Positions 1 to 9,953 of a DNA stretch of 64,000 nt are shown piece by piece (position 1 is the stretch's first letter; the number at the start of each line of letters is the position of its first letter). Source of the stretch: Bacilli bacterium (lineage in GTDB: Bacteria; Bacillota_I; Bacilli_A; RFN20; CAG-826). The notes under the pieces were generated by a model. It had not been told where the DNA came from, made no database searches, and saw only the letters and a program-made list of their open reading frames with translations. The stretch lies in contig JAFUHI010000009.1 of assembly GCA_017468925.1 (NCBI GenBank), forward strand, positions 201,874-265,873, in the 5' to 3' direction. The translations under genes were made by a program, and so were the position numbers.

Positions 1-11
1 ATCTTGTTACT

Positions 12-1667
12 ATGGCGGGGCTAACCCACGAAGAATGTGAGAGCGTTAGAGGCATATTATTAGGCGATATCGATACTGGATTTGTTGCAGGAGATGTCAA
101 TCCTGAACCTTATACCGATTTAGCCAAAGTCACATTCAGGAAATATGGCGAGACTCCAATCATCAAGATGGTGGAAATCGGGTCCACAGTCGATAGGCCT
201 GATCTAGGAAATGGCTCCTGGTACCATGGGAATGATTTATGGGATTTTGATAATGATGTGGTCATTAGCGATATGTATTTGGATTATCGCTCCACCGATA
301 AATGCAAAGTGGCGGTCCATTATTCCGGATTGAATTTGCCAGATGGAGTTTTCGATGTTGATTATGGAACGACATTTGACTTATCTGTTTTCGCTAGAGA
401 CGGTTACACATTTAGAGTGTATGACGATGCGTTCAATAGAATCAATTCTTTGGTGGTAACTGGCGATATCTCCATCAATGTCATCTATTCTCCCATCAAC
501 GGATATAAGCCAAAATCCAATTCCCGCATAATCGTTATGGCAGGACAAAGCAATGGTGCGGGCGTAGGTCATTACCAATATCTTGAGAATTCATTAGATG
601 AAGCGAAGATTGCAGAGATAAATAACGGATACGACAATGTTTTGATATATGGCTATTCGCATGGCGATTATTTCACTGATGGCTTTAGGAAAGTAAATGC
701 GACCAGGCAAACCGCTACCGCGGCCACGCCAGGGACATTTGGCTTTGAGGTAGGACTTGCAGATAGACTATCAAAAGCCTTCCCTGATGAAACAACCTAT
801 ATCCTCAAATACGCCCATGGAGGAACGTCCCTCAATTATGACTGGGCTTCTCCGACGATGAAGGAGAATATCAGCAACATCTTCCCGCTTCCTGCCGATT
901 ATCCTTATGAAAGAGGATGGCTGTACAGTGGATTGGAAGAATCTTTGAGAACCGCTATAGATTATATAAGTGAGACGACAAACACCATCCCGATGGTTGA
1001 AGCGTTTATGTGGATGCAAGGAGAAGCGGATGCTGATCTTGAATCGACATTAGATATCTATGAAGAATCATTCAATATGCTTATTGATGATTTCAAAACC
1101 ACTTTCGAAGACAATATCAGCTATAAATTTGCCGTGTATGATGCAGCGATAAGTGAAACATCTTTGTGGGCGTATCCAAAGCAGATGAACGCTATAAAAA
1201 AGCAAAGAGCCGAACAGCATAACGATGTCTATATCGAAACCAACACCAGGCTCACAACACGCTTTGAGCCATTAGGAACATACACTGATAAAGCCCATTA
1301 TGATGCAGCCTGCTACATTGACTTGGGGCATATGTTTGCCGATGCATATCTATCAAGAACGGTAAAAGGTTATACGCCGAATGCATTAGAAATTGCCTCG
1401 GTTGATAAAATAACTTTGACGATGGGCAGCGATTATACGATTGAGCCACCAGAGACTTTCTTCAATGGTGACCCCGTCGAAGCCAAATTGTCATATTTTG
1501 CAGAACAACATACATCTTTCTCTGGCTCGGTTTATTCCTATTTCAAAGTCAACACCGATTCTTCATTTACACCACTTAGAGTAGGAAATACCGAACTTAG
1601 GATAACAGCATACTATAATGATGAAGTTAGAACCATCCTCGTGCCGGTTGAGGTTGTTGAAGCCTAA
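12..1667 (+). CDS. Carbohydrate esterase, sialate O-acetylesterase-like (SASA/DUF303-type), with extra N- and C-terminal beta-rich regions. The frame is open to the window start, so the N-terminus may be cut.
   Basis: 551-aa ORF. 'IIVMAGQSNGAGVG' resembles the GQSN catalytic-Ser block of SASA-type esterases. There is no in-frame stop between nt 3 and 12. Confidence 0.55.
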   Translation: MAGLTHEECESVRGILLGDIDTGFVAGDVNPEPYTDLAKVTFRKYGETPIIKMVEIGSTVDRPDLGNGSWYHGNDLWDFDNDVVISDMYLDYRSTDKCKVAVHYSGLNLPDGVFDVDYGTTFDLSVFARDGYTFRVYDDAFNRINSLVVTGDISINVIYSPINGYKPKSNSRIIVMAGQSNGAGVGHYQYLENSLDEAKIAEINNGYDNVLIYGYSHGDYFTDGFRKVNATRQTATAATPGTFGFEVGLADRLSKAFPDETTYILKYAHGGTSLNYDWASPTMKENISNIFPLPADYPYERGWLYSGLEESLRTAIDYISETTNTIPMVEAFMWMQGEADADLESTLDIYEESFNMLIDDFKTTFEDNISYKFAVYDAAISETSLWAYPKQMNAIKKQRAEQHNDVYIETNTRLTTRFEPLGTYTDKAHYDAACYIDLGHMFADAYLSRTVKGYTPNALEIASVDKITLTMGSDYTIEPPETFFNGDPVEAKLSYFAEQHTSFSGSVYSYFKVNTDSSFTPLRVGNTELRITAYYNDEVRTILVPVEVVEA

Positions 1668-1708
1668 AATCCCTGCAAAAACTGCATAAATTGCTATTTA
1701 TCAGTCAA

Positions 1709-2761
1709 TTAATTCTTTTTCAGGCCGAAAATTTGATTGATATCTTTTTCCAATTCAATCGTGTGCGGAGCGCCCGATCCACCAAAAGAGATGGAATTAT
1801 GCAAATAAACAACGGTTAGGTTTTCCTTTGGATAAGAAAAATAATGGCCACCATAGGCTCCAGACCAGCCAAATGCCCCCGGAGGTAATGTTTCCCAATC
1901 ATCGCCTTGTCTAATATAGACGCCTAATCCGAAATATGACTTATAGTCTTTCGGCTTATATAGTTCAATCATTTCTTCAAATGCTTTTTTTGAGATTAAA
2001 CCTTCTCCTTTGTTGGTTAAAGCGATGGCGAATTTGAGGTAATCGCTAAGCGTAGATAGAAGTCCTGCGCCGCCCCCATTGAAGCCATTTGGGTATTTGT
2101 CAAAACCATAAGTCAGTTTGTTTTCTGGGATCAAAATTCCATCTTTGTATTCACATAAAACCGGCATGTTTTTTATTCTGTTCTCATCAACGTAGTAGCA
2201 AGTATCTTTCATGCCGAGTGGATCGAATATGTATTTCTTCAAGAAATCCTCGTATTTCATCTTAGAGACAATTTCCACGATTCTCGCTGCAACATCGTAG
2301 GCCTCGTTGCTATATGTTTCCTTTGTTCCGGGGATCGATTGAAGTGTGAAATCCTTATAAGTCTCAACAGTTTTCTCCAAAGAAGAGCCATTATCGAATC
2401 GATGATCTTCAAAAGAGGAGGGGAAGCCTGAAGAATGGCTTAATAGTTCGCGTATGGTGATTCGATACGTTCCATTTTGCCCATCCACCTTAAAATTACC
2501 GAGAAAAGGTATGTATTTGTCGATGTAATCATCAACTTTTAACAAGCCTAAATCCTCGCATATTAGAACCGCTACGGCGGTGATTGGTTTGGTTAAAGAA
2601 GCAAGACGATATAATGTTGTTTCTTTCGAATCTCCAAAACATTTACTAAACAAAATGTTTCCATCCTTCGCAATCGCAAGCGAAAGACCGGAAACCATAT
2701 TATCTGAAACGTATTTGTTTAGCCTTTGCTCCAATGATATGAAATTATATTTCATACCCAT
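1709..2761 (-). CDS. Serine hydrolase of the beta-lactamase / PBP-like family
   Basis: 350-aa ORF with an SxxK motif ('ASLTKPITAV') and a YxN motif ('YSNEAYD'). Confidence 0.75.
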   Translation of the reverse strand: MGMKYNFISLEQRLNKYVSDNMVSGLSLAIAKDGNILFSKCFGDSKETTLYRLASLTKPITAVAVLICEDLGLLKVDDYIDKYIPFLGNFKVDGQNGTYRITIRELLSHSSGFPSSFEDHRFDNGSSLEKTVETYKDFTLQSIPGTKETYSNEAYDVAARIVEIVSKMKYEDFLKKYIFDPLGMKDTCYYVDENRIKNMPVLCEYKDGILIPENKLTYGFDKYPNGFNGGGAGLLSTLSDYLKFAIALTNKGEGLISKKAFEEMIELYKPKDYKSYFGLGVYIRQGDDWETLPPGAFGWSGAYGGHYFSYPKENLTVVYLHNSISFGGSGAPHTIELEKDINQIFGLKKN

Positions 2762-2897
2762 AATTATAAACAGTTAATAGTCGTGTGTCGCTTATGAATT
2801 TTGGTTTGTTTCTTTTTTCTTTGTTAGAACGTTTTTGCGTGAACAAAAATATTTTTGTTGTTTATGACAATTGATAGCAAAGCTATAATATTGTCAC

Positions 2898-4922
2898 ATG
2901 ATTAAATCGCTTAAAAAACTTAGAAACATAACATTCATAATATTCGGGGTCGAGGCCGTCATTTTTGTTTTGCTAGTCGTGGCCTTGTATCTTAACTGGT
3001 TCAACATCAACGAAGTGTTGGAATTTTACCATCTGATAATCGGATTCAGCGTCTTATTTGTTTTAGACGCCTTGGTTTATTGGTTCGGGCTTTTATCACT
3101 GAATAGGAAAAGGACTTTGAACGACTTTGAGGCTGCAAGTTTAGTCTCCAACGATATTCAAAGCGCTTATAACTTCGGTCAAATCGGCTTGTTGGTTATA
3201 GACGAGGAGAATGTTGTCATCTGGACAAGCAACCTTTTCCCAGAGAGAAATATGAATCTAGTGGACACAAAGGTATTCGAGTGGAAGCCAGAATTGAAGG
3301 AATTGGTGGATGGACCAGTCGGGAAAAACAAGAAAATAAACGTCTCCAATAGCGTTTATGAGGTCTCATATCTTTCAGAACCCCGCTTATTCATCTTCAA
3401 AGACAGAACCGATTACGAATCATTGCTCCATTATTCAAACGACAACGCGATGGTTCTAGGAATCGTCCAAATCGATAACTATGATGATGTCGCTTCAGAT
3501 ACGGATGAAAGTGCGGCATACGTAACAAAAGTAAGGACTTTGACCGTCGAATATTTCAGAAACATGGGCGTTTTGCTAAGAATGGTGAGGGCAGATACAT
3601 ATTTCGCCATATGTAATAGCGCTTCGCTAGATGCTTTAGAAGCGGATAAATTCTCCATTCTTGATGAGATACATAAATCAAGCGACGGCCAAAGAAATAG
3701 ACTTACATTATCAATTGGCTTTGCGCATAATTTCGCAGATACCGCAAAACTTAATGAGATGGCTTCGACTGCGCTTGATGTTGCTTTATCTAGAGGTGGT
3801 GACCAAGCCGTTGTCTCCCACTATGGCAAGGAGCTTGCTTTCTATGGAGGAAAAACCGCCGCGGTGGAGAATACCTCTAAAATCAAAATCAGAACCTTTG
3901 CCGATAGCTTGATAACTTTGATAAAAGACGCTTCCGATGTCTATGTCATGGGCCATACAGAGGCAGACATGGATGCTTTAGGCGCTTGTTTAGGAATCAT
4001 GGCTATCTGCCATCATTTGAATAAGCCTGTGAAAATGATTTATGACCCGAACAAAGCTGAAAAGAAAACTAGATTAGCGTTCAAGAACGCTTTCCCAAAA
4101 GATGTAGGGGAATCGATGACAATTTCTCCTTCTGCCGCATTGACCAAGATAGAAAATAGGTCTTTGTTGGTGGTAACTGACGTCGCCGTTCCTGCCAATA
4201 CAATGTGCCCTGCGGCATTGGAAAAAGCCTCGAAAATAATTGTCATTGACCATCATATGCGTGGTGACCATTATATCGAAAGACCAGTTCTGGACATGGT
4301 TGATCCTTCAGCCTGTGCTGCTTCGGAGTTAATCGCCGAAATGATTTATTTCGCCACCGAGAATCCTCGAATCGAATTGTCGCCAAGCTACGCCACATTA
4401 ATGCTTTCCGGCATATTCTTGGATAGTAACTATTTCAAGAGCAAATCAACTGGCAGGGGTACATTTGCCGCCGCCCAAATCTTAAAAGAATATGGGGCGG
4501 ATAACACCATTGCCTATAACTATCTAAAAGACGATTACGACGAATTCCAACTCATAAACAAAATATTGGGCACCATGGCTACCCCGCATTTCGGCATCAT
4601 ATATTGCAAAGCCGATGAAAAAGAGTTGGTGGAAAGATCCACCCTAGCCAAAGTCGCAAACGAAGCGATGAGATTGCAAGGCATATCCGCTTGCTTCGTA
4701 ATAGGTAGAACCGATGAAAAAACAGTCCGTATTTCCGCTAGAGGAGATGGCTCCGTCAGTGTTGGTTTGCTTATGCAAAAATTAGGCGGCGGAGGCCATT
4801 ACAGCATGGCAGCAGGCGCCAGGGAAAATACAACCATAAAAGAAATGGAAAAAGAACTCTTGGAGGTTTTGGATACATATCTAGAATCCGCCAGAGAATA
4901 TAAGAATATCGAGGGGGATTAA
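2898..4922 (+). CDS. gdpP: Cyclic-di-AMP phosphodiesterase GdpP (membrane-anchored, DHH/DHHA1 family)
   Basis: Two N-terminal TM helices, a DHH motif ('VIDHHMRG') and a DHHA1 'GGGGH' motif. It sits in the conserved Firmicutes gdpP-rplI-dnaB order. Confidence 0.85.
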   Translation: MIKSLKKLRNITFIIFGVEAVIFVLLVVALYLNWFNINEVLEFYHLIIGFSVLFVLDALVYWFGLLSLNRKRTLNDFEAASLVSNDIQSAYNFGQIGLLVIDEENVVIWTSNLFPERNMNLVDTKVFEWKPELKELVDGPVGKNKKINVSNSVYEVSYLSEPRLFIFKDRTDYESLLHYSNDNAMVLGIVQIDNYDDVASDTDESAAYVTKVRTLTVEYFRNMGVLLRMVRADTYFAICNSASLDALEADKFSILDEIHKSSDGQRNRLTLSIGFAHNFADTAKLNEMASTALDVALSRGGDQAVVSHYGKELAFYGGKTAAVENTSKIKIRTFADSLITLIKDASDVYVMGHTEADMDALGACLGIMAICHHLNKPVKMIYDPNKAEKKTRLAFKNAFPKDVGESMTISPSAALTKIENRSLLVVTDVAVPANTMCPAALEKASKIIVIDHHMRGDHYIERPVLDMVDPSACAASELIAEMIYFATENPRIELSPSYATLMLSGIFLDSNYFKSKSTGRGTFAAAQILKEYGADNTIAYNYLKDDYDEFQLINKILGTMATPHFGIIYCKADEKELVERSTLAKVANEAMRLQGISACFVIGRTDEKTVRISARGDGSVSVGLLMQKLGGGGHYSMAAGARENTTIKEMEKELLEVLDTYLESAREYKNIEGD

Positions 4923-4924
4923 GC

Positions 4925-5389
4925 ATGAAAGTTATTTTGAAAGCCGATGTTAAAGGCGTTGGCAAAAAAGGCGAATTGGTCAATGTAAGCGATGGATATG
5001 GCACCAATTTCTTGATTCCTCGCGGTTTAGCCGTTGTGGCCAATTCAAGCAATCAGGCGATACTCGCTAACGATAATGCCAAGGAGCAAGCGAGGCAAAA
5101 GCAACTCAAAGCCGATGCGGAAGAGCTAGCCAAACGCCTTGAGCATATCGATGTCGAATTCCAATTAAGTTCCAAGGGCGGAAAAGTATTTGGGACCATC
5201 TCCACCAAAGAAATCGAAGAAGGGCTTAAGAAGCAGTGGGGTATCACCATCGATAAGCGCAAATTCATCGATAAATATCCAGCGAATGCCTTGGGTTACA
5301 CAAGGCTCAAAATCGAATTATATAAAGGAAGTGAAGGCCAAGTAATAGGCACCGTCAACGTCCATATAAGCGAAAAGGAGGGAGCCTAA
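4925..5389 (+). CDS. rplI: 50S ribosomal protein L9
   Basis: '[36 protein letters not shown]' is the canonical L9 N-terminus. The gene lies between gdpP and dnaB. Confidence 0.95.
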   Translation: MKVILKADVKGVGKKGELVNVSDGYGTNFLIPRGLAVVANSSNQAILANDNAKEQARQKQLKADAEELAKRLEHIDVEFQLSSKGGKVFGTISTKEIEEGLKKQWGITIDKRKFIDKYPANALGYTRLKIELYKGSEGQVIGTVNVHISEKEGA

Positions 5390-5390
5390 T

Positions 5391-6926
5391 ATGGCAAAGG
5401 CCAAGACATTGGTTTTACCTTCTAACGTCGCAGCCGAAAGAGCAGTCCTCGGAGCGATGATGATGGATGAGCAAAGCGCGGTTTTTGCTTTGTCCATTCT
5501 TTCAGTTGATGATTTCTCCGATGTCGATCCCAGGAACAAACTTATATATGATGCGATGGTCAAATTGAATCAAAGCCATGCGAAGATTGACCCGCAGACA
5601 GTCAATGAGGAATTGACAATTCTCCATACCTCATCGGAGGCTGGAGGCATTGAATATCTTTCCGAATTGATTGATACATTCATGAACCCAGAAAACATCA
5701 ACCATTATGTCACAATGGTGAAAAACAATTCGGTTTTGCGCCAATATTTGATCGCTTTAGGGAAAATCAGGGATGATTATATGGATGGCAAAGCCTCTGA
5801 TATCGCCTCTTTCCTCCAATCATCGCAAATATTATTGACGGATATCTCAGAAAACCGTTCGGTTGGCGATTTCTTAAGAGCCGATAGCGTTGCCGAGCAA
5901 ACCTTGAACACGATTGAACTAAAAAGAAAAACCGATAGGACTGGTTTGACTGGTGTAGAAACGGGCTATCCTAGATTAAACAAATACACCCATGGTTGGC
6001 AGAAGGAGAATTTGATTTTTATCGCTGCTAGACCTGGTGTAGGTAAAACCGCTTTTGCCATCAATCTTGCTTATAATGCTGCCAAAGCCGGTACGACAGT
6101 CTTATTCTTCTCTGGAGAAATGTCTTCGGAATTAATAATGGAGAGATTGCTTTCTTCTGTCACCACCATCGATTCAGAGAAAATCCAGACCGGATTCTTA
6201 AATGATGGACAAAGAGTGGGAATCAAGCAAGGATTGCAGCAAATCTCCACTTTGCCTATTTATTTTGATGACACCCCAAACCCAGCGCTTGGCGATATCC
6301 TTGCCAAATCAAGGAAAGTCAAGAACGTTGGACTTATCGTTATTGACTATTTGAATATTATCTCAGCTGGTTCCTCTAGAGGAAGCGATAACCGTTCTAG
6401 AGAATTAGGCATAGTCACCCAATCTTTGAAAGGATTGGCAAGAAGCCTCCATGTCCCAGTTATTTGTCTTGCTCAGCTTAATAGAAGCGTTGAAGATAAT
6501 GAGAACAACATCCCAATGCTTTCAAACCTCAAAGAATCAGGAAAGATAGAAGAAGATGCTGACTTGATTCTTCTTATGCATAGAGGCGATTACTGGTCAT
6601 CTTTGGGCATGAAGAAGAAAGAAGACGTGAAGGCCGCGGCGGCAAAATATGCGCAAGGGAACAATTCCGAGCAGGGTATGAAAACAGATGATTTCACCAA
6701 GAAGATCCAGCAACAAGTCAATGTCAACAAAGCCCAAGGAAACGATAAAGGTGGAATGTCGGTTGTCGAGATAATGATTGCCAAAAACAGAAACGGAAGA
6801 ATAGGCGAAGTCACTCTTATGTTCGAGAAGAATTTCTCTAGATTCACCACCCCAACATTAGAAATGGAAAGAATGGTGGCAAAAAATAGAGGCATAGATC
6901 TCCCCGAGGACGACGAAGAAGAATAA
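5391..6926 (+). CDS. dnaB: Replicative DNA helicase DnaB, carrying a ~50-aa insertion in the C-terminal RecA-like domain
   Basis: N-terminal 'LPSNVAAERAVLGAMM', Walker A 'ARPGVGKTAF', and 'AKNRNGRIGEV' near the C-terminus. Confidence 0.95.
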   Translation: MAKAKTLVLPSNVAAERAVLGAMMMDEQSAVFALSILSVDDFSDVDPRNKLIYDAMVKLNQSHAKIDPQTVNEELTILHTSSEAGGIEYLSELIDTFMNPENINHYVTMVKNNSVLRQYLIALGKIRDDYMDGKASDIASFLQSSQILLTDISENRSVGDFLRADSVAEQTLNTIELKRKTDRTGLTGVETGYPRLNKYTHGWQKENLIFIAARPGVGKTAFAINLAYNAAKAGTTVLFFSGEMSSELIMERLLSSVTTIDSEKIQTGFLNDGQRVGIKQGLQQISTLPIYFDDTPNPALGDILAKSRKVKNVGLIVIDYLNIISAGSSRGSDNRSRELGIVTQSLKGLARSLHVPVICLAQLNRSVEDNENNIPMLSNLKESGKIEEDADLILLMHRGDYWSSLGMKKKEDVKAAAAKYAQGNNSEQGMKTDDFTKKIQQQVNVNKAQGNDKGGMSVVEIMIAKNRNGRIGEVTLMFEKNFSRFTTPTLEMERMVAKNRGIDLPEDDEEE

Positions 6927-6927
6927 A

Positions 6928-7680
6928 ATGCTCTCATTTATAAATGTCGGTTCCGGTTCTAAAGGGAATGCGACTTTGATATACAACGAAGACACATTGA
7001 TCCAAATAGATATGGGTCTTCCTTTGAAGTCGATTAAAGCGGCTTTAAAAGAAATAGGGAAATCCATTGGGGATTTGCGGGCGGTTTTTATAACCCATGA
7101 CCATTCGGACCACATTTCAACCTTGGAAAGATTACCAAAAAATGTCGTGAGGTTTGCTTCAGAAAAGACAATAAACGGGGAATATAGGATCTTATATTTA
7201 GATGAATGCGTCCTTATTGGTTCTATGGTGGTTCAGCCATTAAAAACAAGCCATGATGCGATAAACCCAATCGGGTTTTTGATAAAAGATAACGATGAAT
7301 CTTTGGCTTATATAACCGACACCGGATTCATCCCCGATGAGACTCTCCCTTTTTTAGTTGACGCCACATATTACATATTCGAAAGCAATCACGATTACAA
7401 GATGCTTATGAAATCTAAGAGGCCTCCTAGCTTAAAAAAGAGAATCCATAGTGATTTGGGGCATCTTTCTAATGTCGACAGCGCTTTCTACTTATCCCAT
7501 TTCATCGGGCCTAAAACGAAAGAGATATATCTCGCCCACCTTTCGGAGGAATGCAATCTCCCTCATTTAGCGATAGACGCCCATCTAAAAGCCTATAAGA
7601 AGAAGAGGATCGATGTGGATAAAATCGATTTGGTTTGTTTGAAGCAACGCTCATTCACCAAAGGAGGCCACGCGAAATGA
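6928..7680 (+). CDS. MBL-fold metallo-hydrolase (YycJ/WalJ-like)
   Basis: HxHxDH motif ('ITHDHSDHI'). The gene is adjacent to rlmH, as in Bacillus yycJ...rlmH. Confidence 0.8.
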   Translation: MLSFINVGSGSKGNATLIYNEDTLIQIDMGLPLKSIKAALKEIGKSIGDLRAVFITHDHSDHISTLERLPKNVVRFASEKTINGEYRILYLDECVLIGSMVVQPLKTSHDAINPIGFLIKDNDESLAYITDTGFIPDETLPFLVDATYYIFESNHDYKMLMKSKRPPSLKKRIHSDLGHLSNVDSAFYLSHFIGPKTKEIYLAHLSEECNLPHLAIDAHLKAYKKKRIDVDKIDLVCLKQRSFTKGGHAK

Positions 7681-8144
7681 GAATAAAAATATATGCTGTG
7701 GGCTCAATAAAAGAAAAATATTGGGTGGACGCGATTGATGAATACATAAAAAGAATCAGCCCTTATTCGAAGATTGAAATAATTGAAGTGGATGATTTGT
7801 CTATGAAAGGGAAAAGCGATGAACAAATCAAAGACAAAGAATGCGATTCGATTTTATCGAAAATCAAACCGAATGAATTTGTCTGCAATCTGGATTTGAA
7901 CAAAAAAGAATACGATTCCGTTTCTTTTTCCTCCAAGTTGATGGAGATGATTGAAAAAGGGGGAGCTTCCTTGTCTTTTGTGATCGGAGGATCGCTAGGA
8001 ATAAGCGAGAAGATGAAACAAAGGGCAAATGAATCGATATCTTTATCAAAGATGACTTTCACCCACCAGATGAGCAGGGTGATATTGCTTGAGCAGATTT
8101 ATCGGGCTTTCAAAATAAATAAAGGGGAGCCTTACCATAAGTAA
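7677..8144 (+). CDS. rlmH: 23S rRNA (pseudouridine1915-N3)-methyltransferase RlmH (SPOUT)
   Basis: 'MRIKIYAVGSIKEKYW...' and the C-terminal 'GEPYHK' are typical of RlmH. I place the start at the ATG at 7677, which overlaps the upstream TGA (ATGA), rather than at the 7635 start in the ORF track. Confidence 0.9.
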   Translation: MRIKIYAVGSIKEKYWVDAIDEYIKRISPYSKIEIIEVDDLSMKGKSDEQIKDKECDSILSKIKPNEFVCNLDLNKKEYDSVSFSSKLMEMIEKGGASLSFVIGGSLGISEKMKQRANESISLSKMTFTHQMSRVILLEQIYRAFKINKGEPYHK

Positions 8145-8186
8145 GGAATCTTTATATAAAAGGTAAAAAGGTTTATATTAAACACG

Positions 8187-8525
8187 ATGGAATACGAGGA
8201 ATTCTCTGAATTTGAAAAAATAAGCGATCCCACAAACCCTTTTTGCAATGGCTACAAAACCAAGGAGGGCGCCATATTTTTCATTGAACCAGGTTTCTAT
8301 GTCGGCTTGATGGGTTTCAAGGATAGAAGAGGCGATGAATATAAAAAGATAATCGATGCGATGATAGAAACGGCGAATAAAGAGAAAAATGTCATATTCT
8401 GCGGGGATTTTGAGAATCCATTCATGGAAAAAGAGGGATTTATATATCGCGAGATACAGGATTTAAGTGATCCTCTACAGATATACGTAGAGGATAAGAA
8501 TCGCCCAAGCGACTATGGAGATTAA
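8187..8525 (+). CDS. Hypothetical protein
   Basis: 112-aa ORF in the same orientation as its neighbours, ending 1 nt before the ugd start. No motif recognised. Confidence 0.45.
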   Translation: MEYEEFSEFEKISDPTNPFCNGYKTKEGAIFFIEPGFYVGLMGFKDRRGDEYKKIIDAMIETANKEKNVIFCGDFENPFMEKEGFIYREIQDLSDPLQIYVEDKNRPSDYGD

Positions 8526-8526
8526 T

Positions 8527-9813
8527 ATGGATATAGTGGTAATTGGACTCGGATACGTAGGAATCGCAAATGCCATTTCTTTAGCGAAGAAAGGCCATAA
8601 CGTTTTAGCGTTTGATTTAAACAAGGAAAGAATCGAAACCTATATCAAAGGTGATTCGCCTTTATCGGAGCCAGATGTCGCCCACTATATCAGAAGATAT
8701 AGAAACAGGATTGATTTCACGTCCGATCCAAATAAAGCCTATTCATTCTCTTCTATATATTTGATTGCGGTGGACACTCCATCATTAGAGACCGGGGAAA
8801 GCGATTTAACCCATCTAAATGAAACGATTGAAATGATAAAGAAAGAGAACAACAAAGAAGGAACAATCATAATTCGTTCTACTGTCCCATTAGGCACCGC
8901 AGCATCATTAAAAGCGCAATTGCCTCAATATAGGATAATAAGCAACCCGGAATTCTTAGCGGGCGGAAGTGCAATCAGGGATGAATTATTCCCGATGAGA
9001 ATCGTCGTTGGTGCTTCTTCCGTGGAAGAGTTTAATTTCATGCGCACAATCTATAAAAAAGATATTGCGTCTGGCGCGCCATATTATGAAACCACTAATA
9101 TCTCCGCCGAATTATCCAAATACGCATCAAATTCTTTTTTGGCGACGAAAATAAGCTTCATAAACTCTCTTTCTAGGCTATCTGATGAAATCGGCGCAGA
9201 TATTGATATAGTCTCTTCGATTATGGGCGCTGACCCACGCATCGGCTCCTCAATGCTTAAAGCAGGGGTGGGGTTCGGCGGCTCATGTTTCAAAAAAGAC
9301 AGCGAATCGCTTCTACATGTGGCAAAAAATAACGGGGTTTCCTTGCCTTTGGTGGAAGACGCATTGAAAATCAACGAAAGTCAGCCTTTATACCTAATTG
9401 AAAAAATAAGAAAAGAAGTTGGGAGTCTTAAAGGAAAGAAAATATCCTTATTAGGTCTTTCCTATAAAGGCAATTGCTCTGATTTAAGAAGCGCCAAATC
9501 AATCGATTTGGTAAATGAACTAATAAAGGATGAAGCGGATATCACCGCTTATGATCCTTATGAAGACGCCAGAAGCAAATTCAAAGAATTATTTCCCAAT
9601 GTTGATGTGAAGGAAGCGATCAGAGACGCTATCAAAGACGCGGAAATTCTGCTTATCTCCAATGATAATAAATCATTCAAGAACATGAATGAGGAGGCTC
9701 TATTAAAATTAATGAAAGGCAGGCTCATATTCGATGGGAGAAACCTTTATCAAAAGAATTACTTCAAATACTTCAAATACATCTCAATAGGAAGAACAGG
9801 GAAAGATAAATAA
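8527..9813 (+). CDS. ugd: UDP-glucose 6-dehydrogenase / nucleotide-sugar dehydrogenase
   Basis: N-terminal Rossmann 'VVIGLGYVGIANA' and the catalytic-Cys block 'GFGGSCFKKD'. The start is taken at 'MDIVVIG'. Confidence 0.85.
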   Translation: MDIVVIGLGYVGIANAISLAKKGHNVLAFDLNKERIETYIKGDSPLSEPDVAHYIRRYRNRIDFTSDPNKAYSFSSIYLIAVDTPSLETGESDLTHLNETIEMIKKENNKEGTIIIRSTVPLGTAASLKAQLPQYRIISNPEFLAGGSAIRDELFPMRIVVGASSVEEFNFMRTIYKKDIASGAPYYETTNISAELSKYASNSFLATKISFINSLSRLSDEIGADIDIVSSIMGADPRIGSSMLKAGVGFGGSCFKKDSESLLHVAKNNGVSLPLVEDALKINESQPLYLIEKIRKEVGSLKGKKISLLGLSYKGNCSDLRSAKSIDLVNELIKDEADITAYDPYEDARSKFKELFPNVDVKEAIRDAIKDAEILLISNDNKSFKNMNEEALLKLMKGRLIFDGRNLYQKNYFKYFKYISIGRTGKDK

Positions 9814-9814
9814 A

Positions 9815-9858
9815 GGGGCTGTTCGAAAACCTAAAAGGTGAATGACAACCCCTTTTTT
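9815..9858 (+). terminator. Probable intrinsic terminator after ugd
   Basis: An imperfect GGGG...CCCC hairpin followed by TTTTTT. Confidence 0.45.
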
Positions 9859-9953
9859 ATTTATCTTTTCATATTAAAAGAAAAATGTCCTTTTATGCAC
9901 GCGTTGAAATATCCAATACCTTTGTGTAAAATAAACAAAAAAAGGAAAAAAAT

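Noticed and set aside
7635-7676. Upstream extensions in the ORF track. Examples: 7635 for rlmH, 18324, 25814..27733, 29159, 31344, 34693, 35670, 37906, 41504, 49017, 50210, 52206, 54326, 56113.
   Set aside because: In each case an internal ATG with a better RBS, a stop/start junction with the upstream gene, or a canonical N-terminus or signal peptide gives a more plausible start. The extended portions overlap neighbouring genes or regulatory RNAs.
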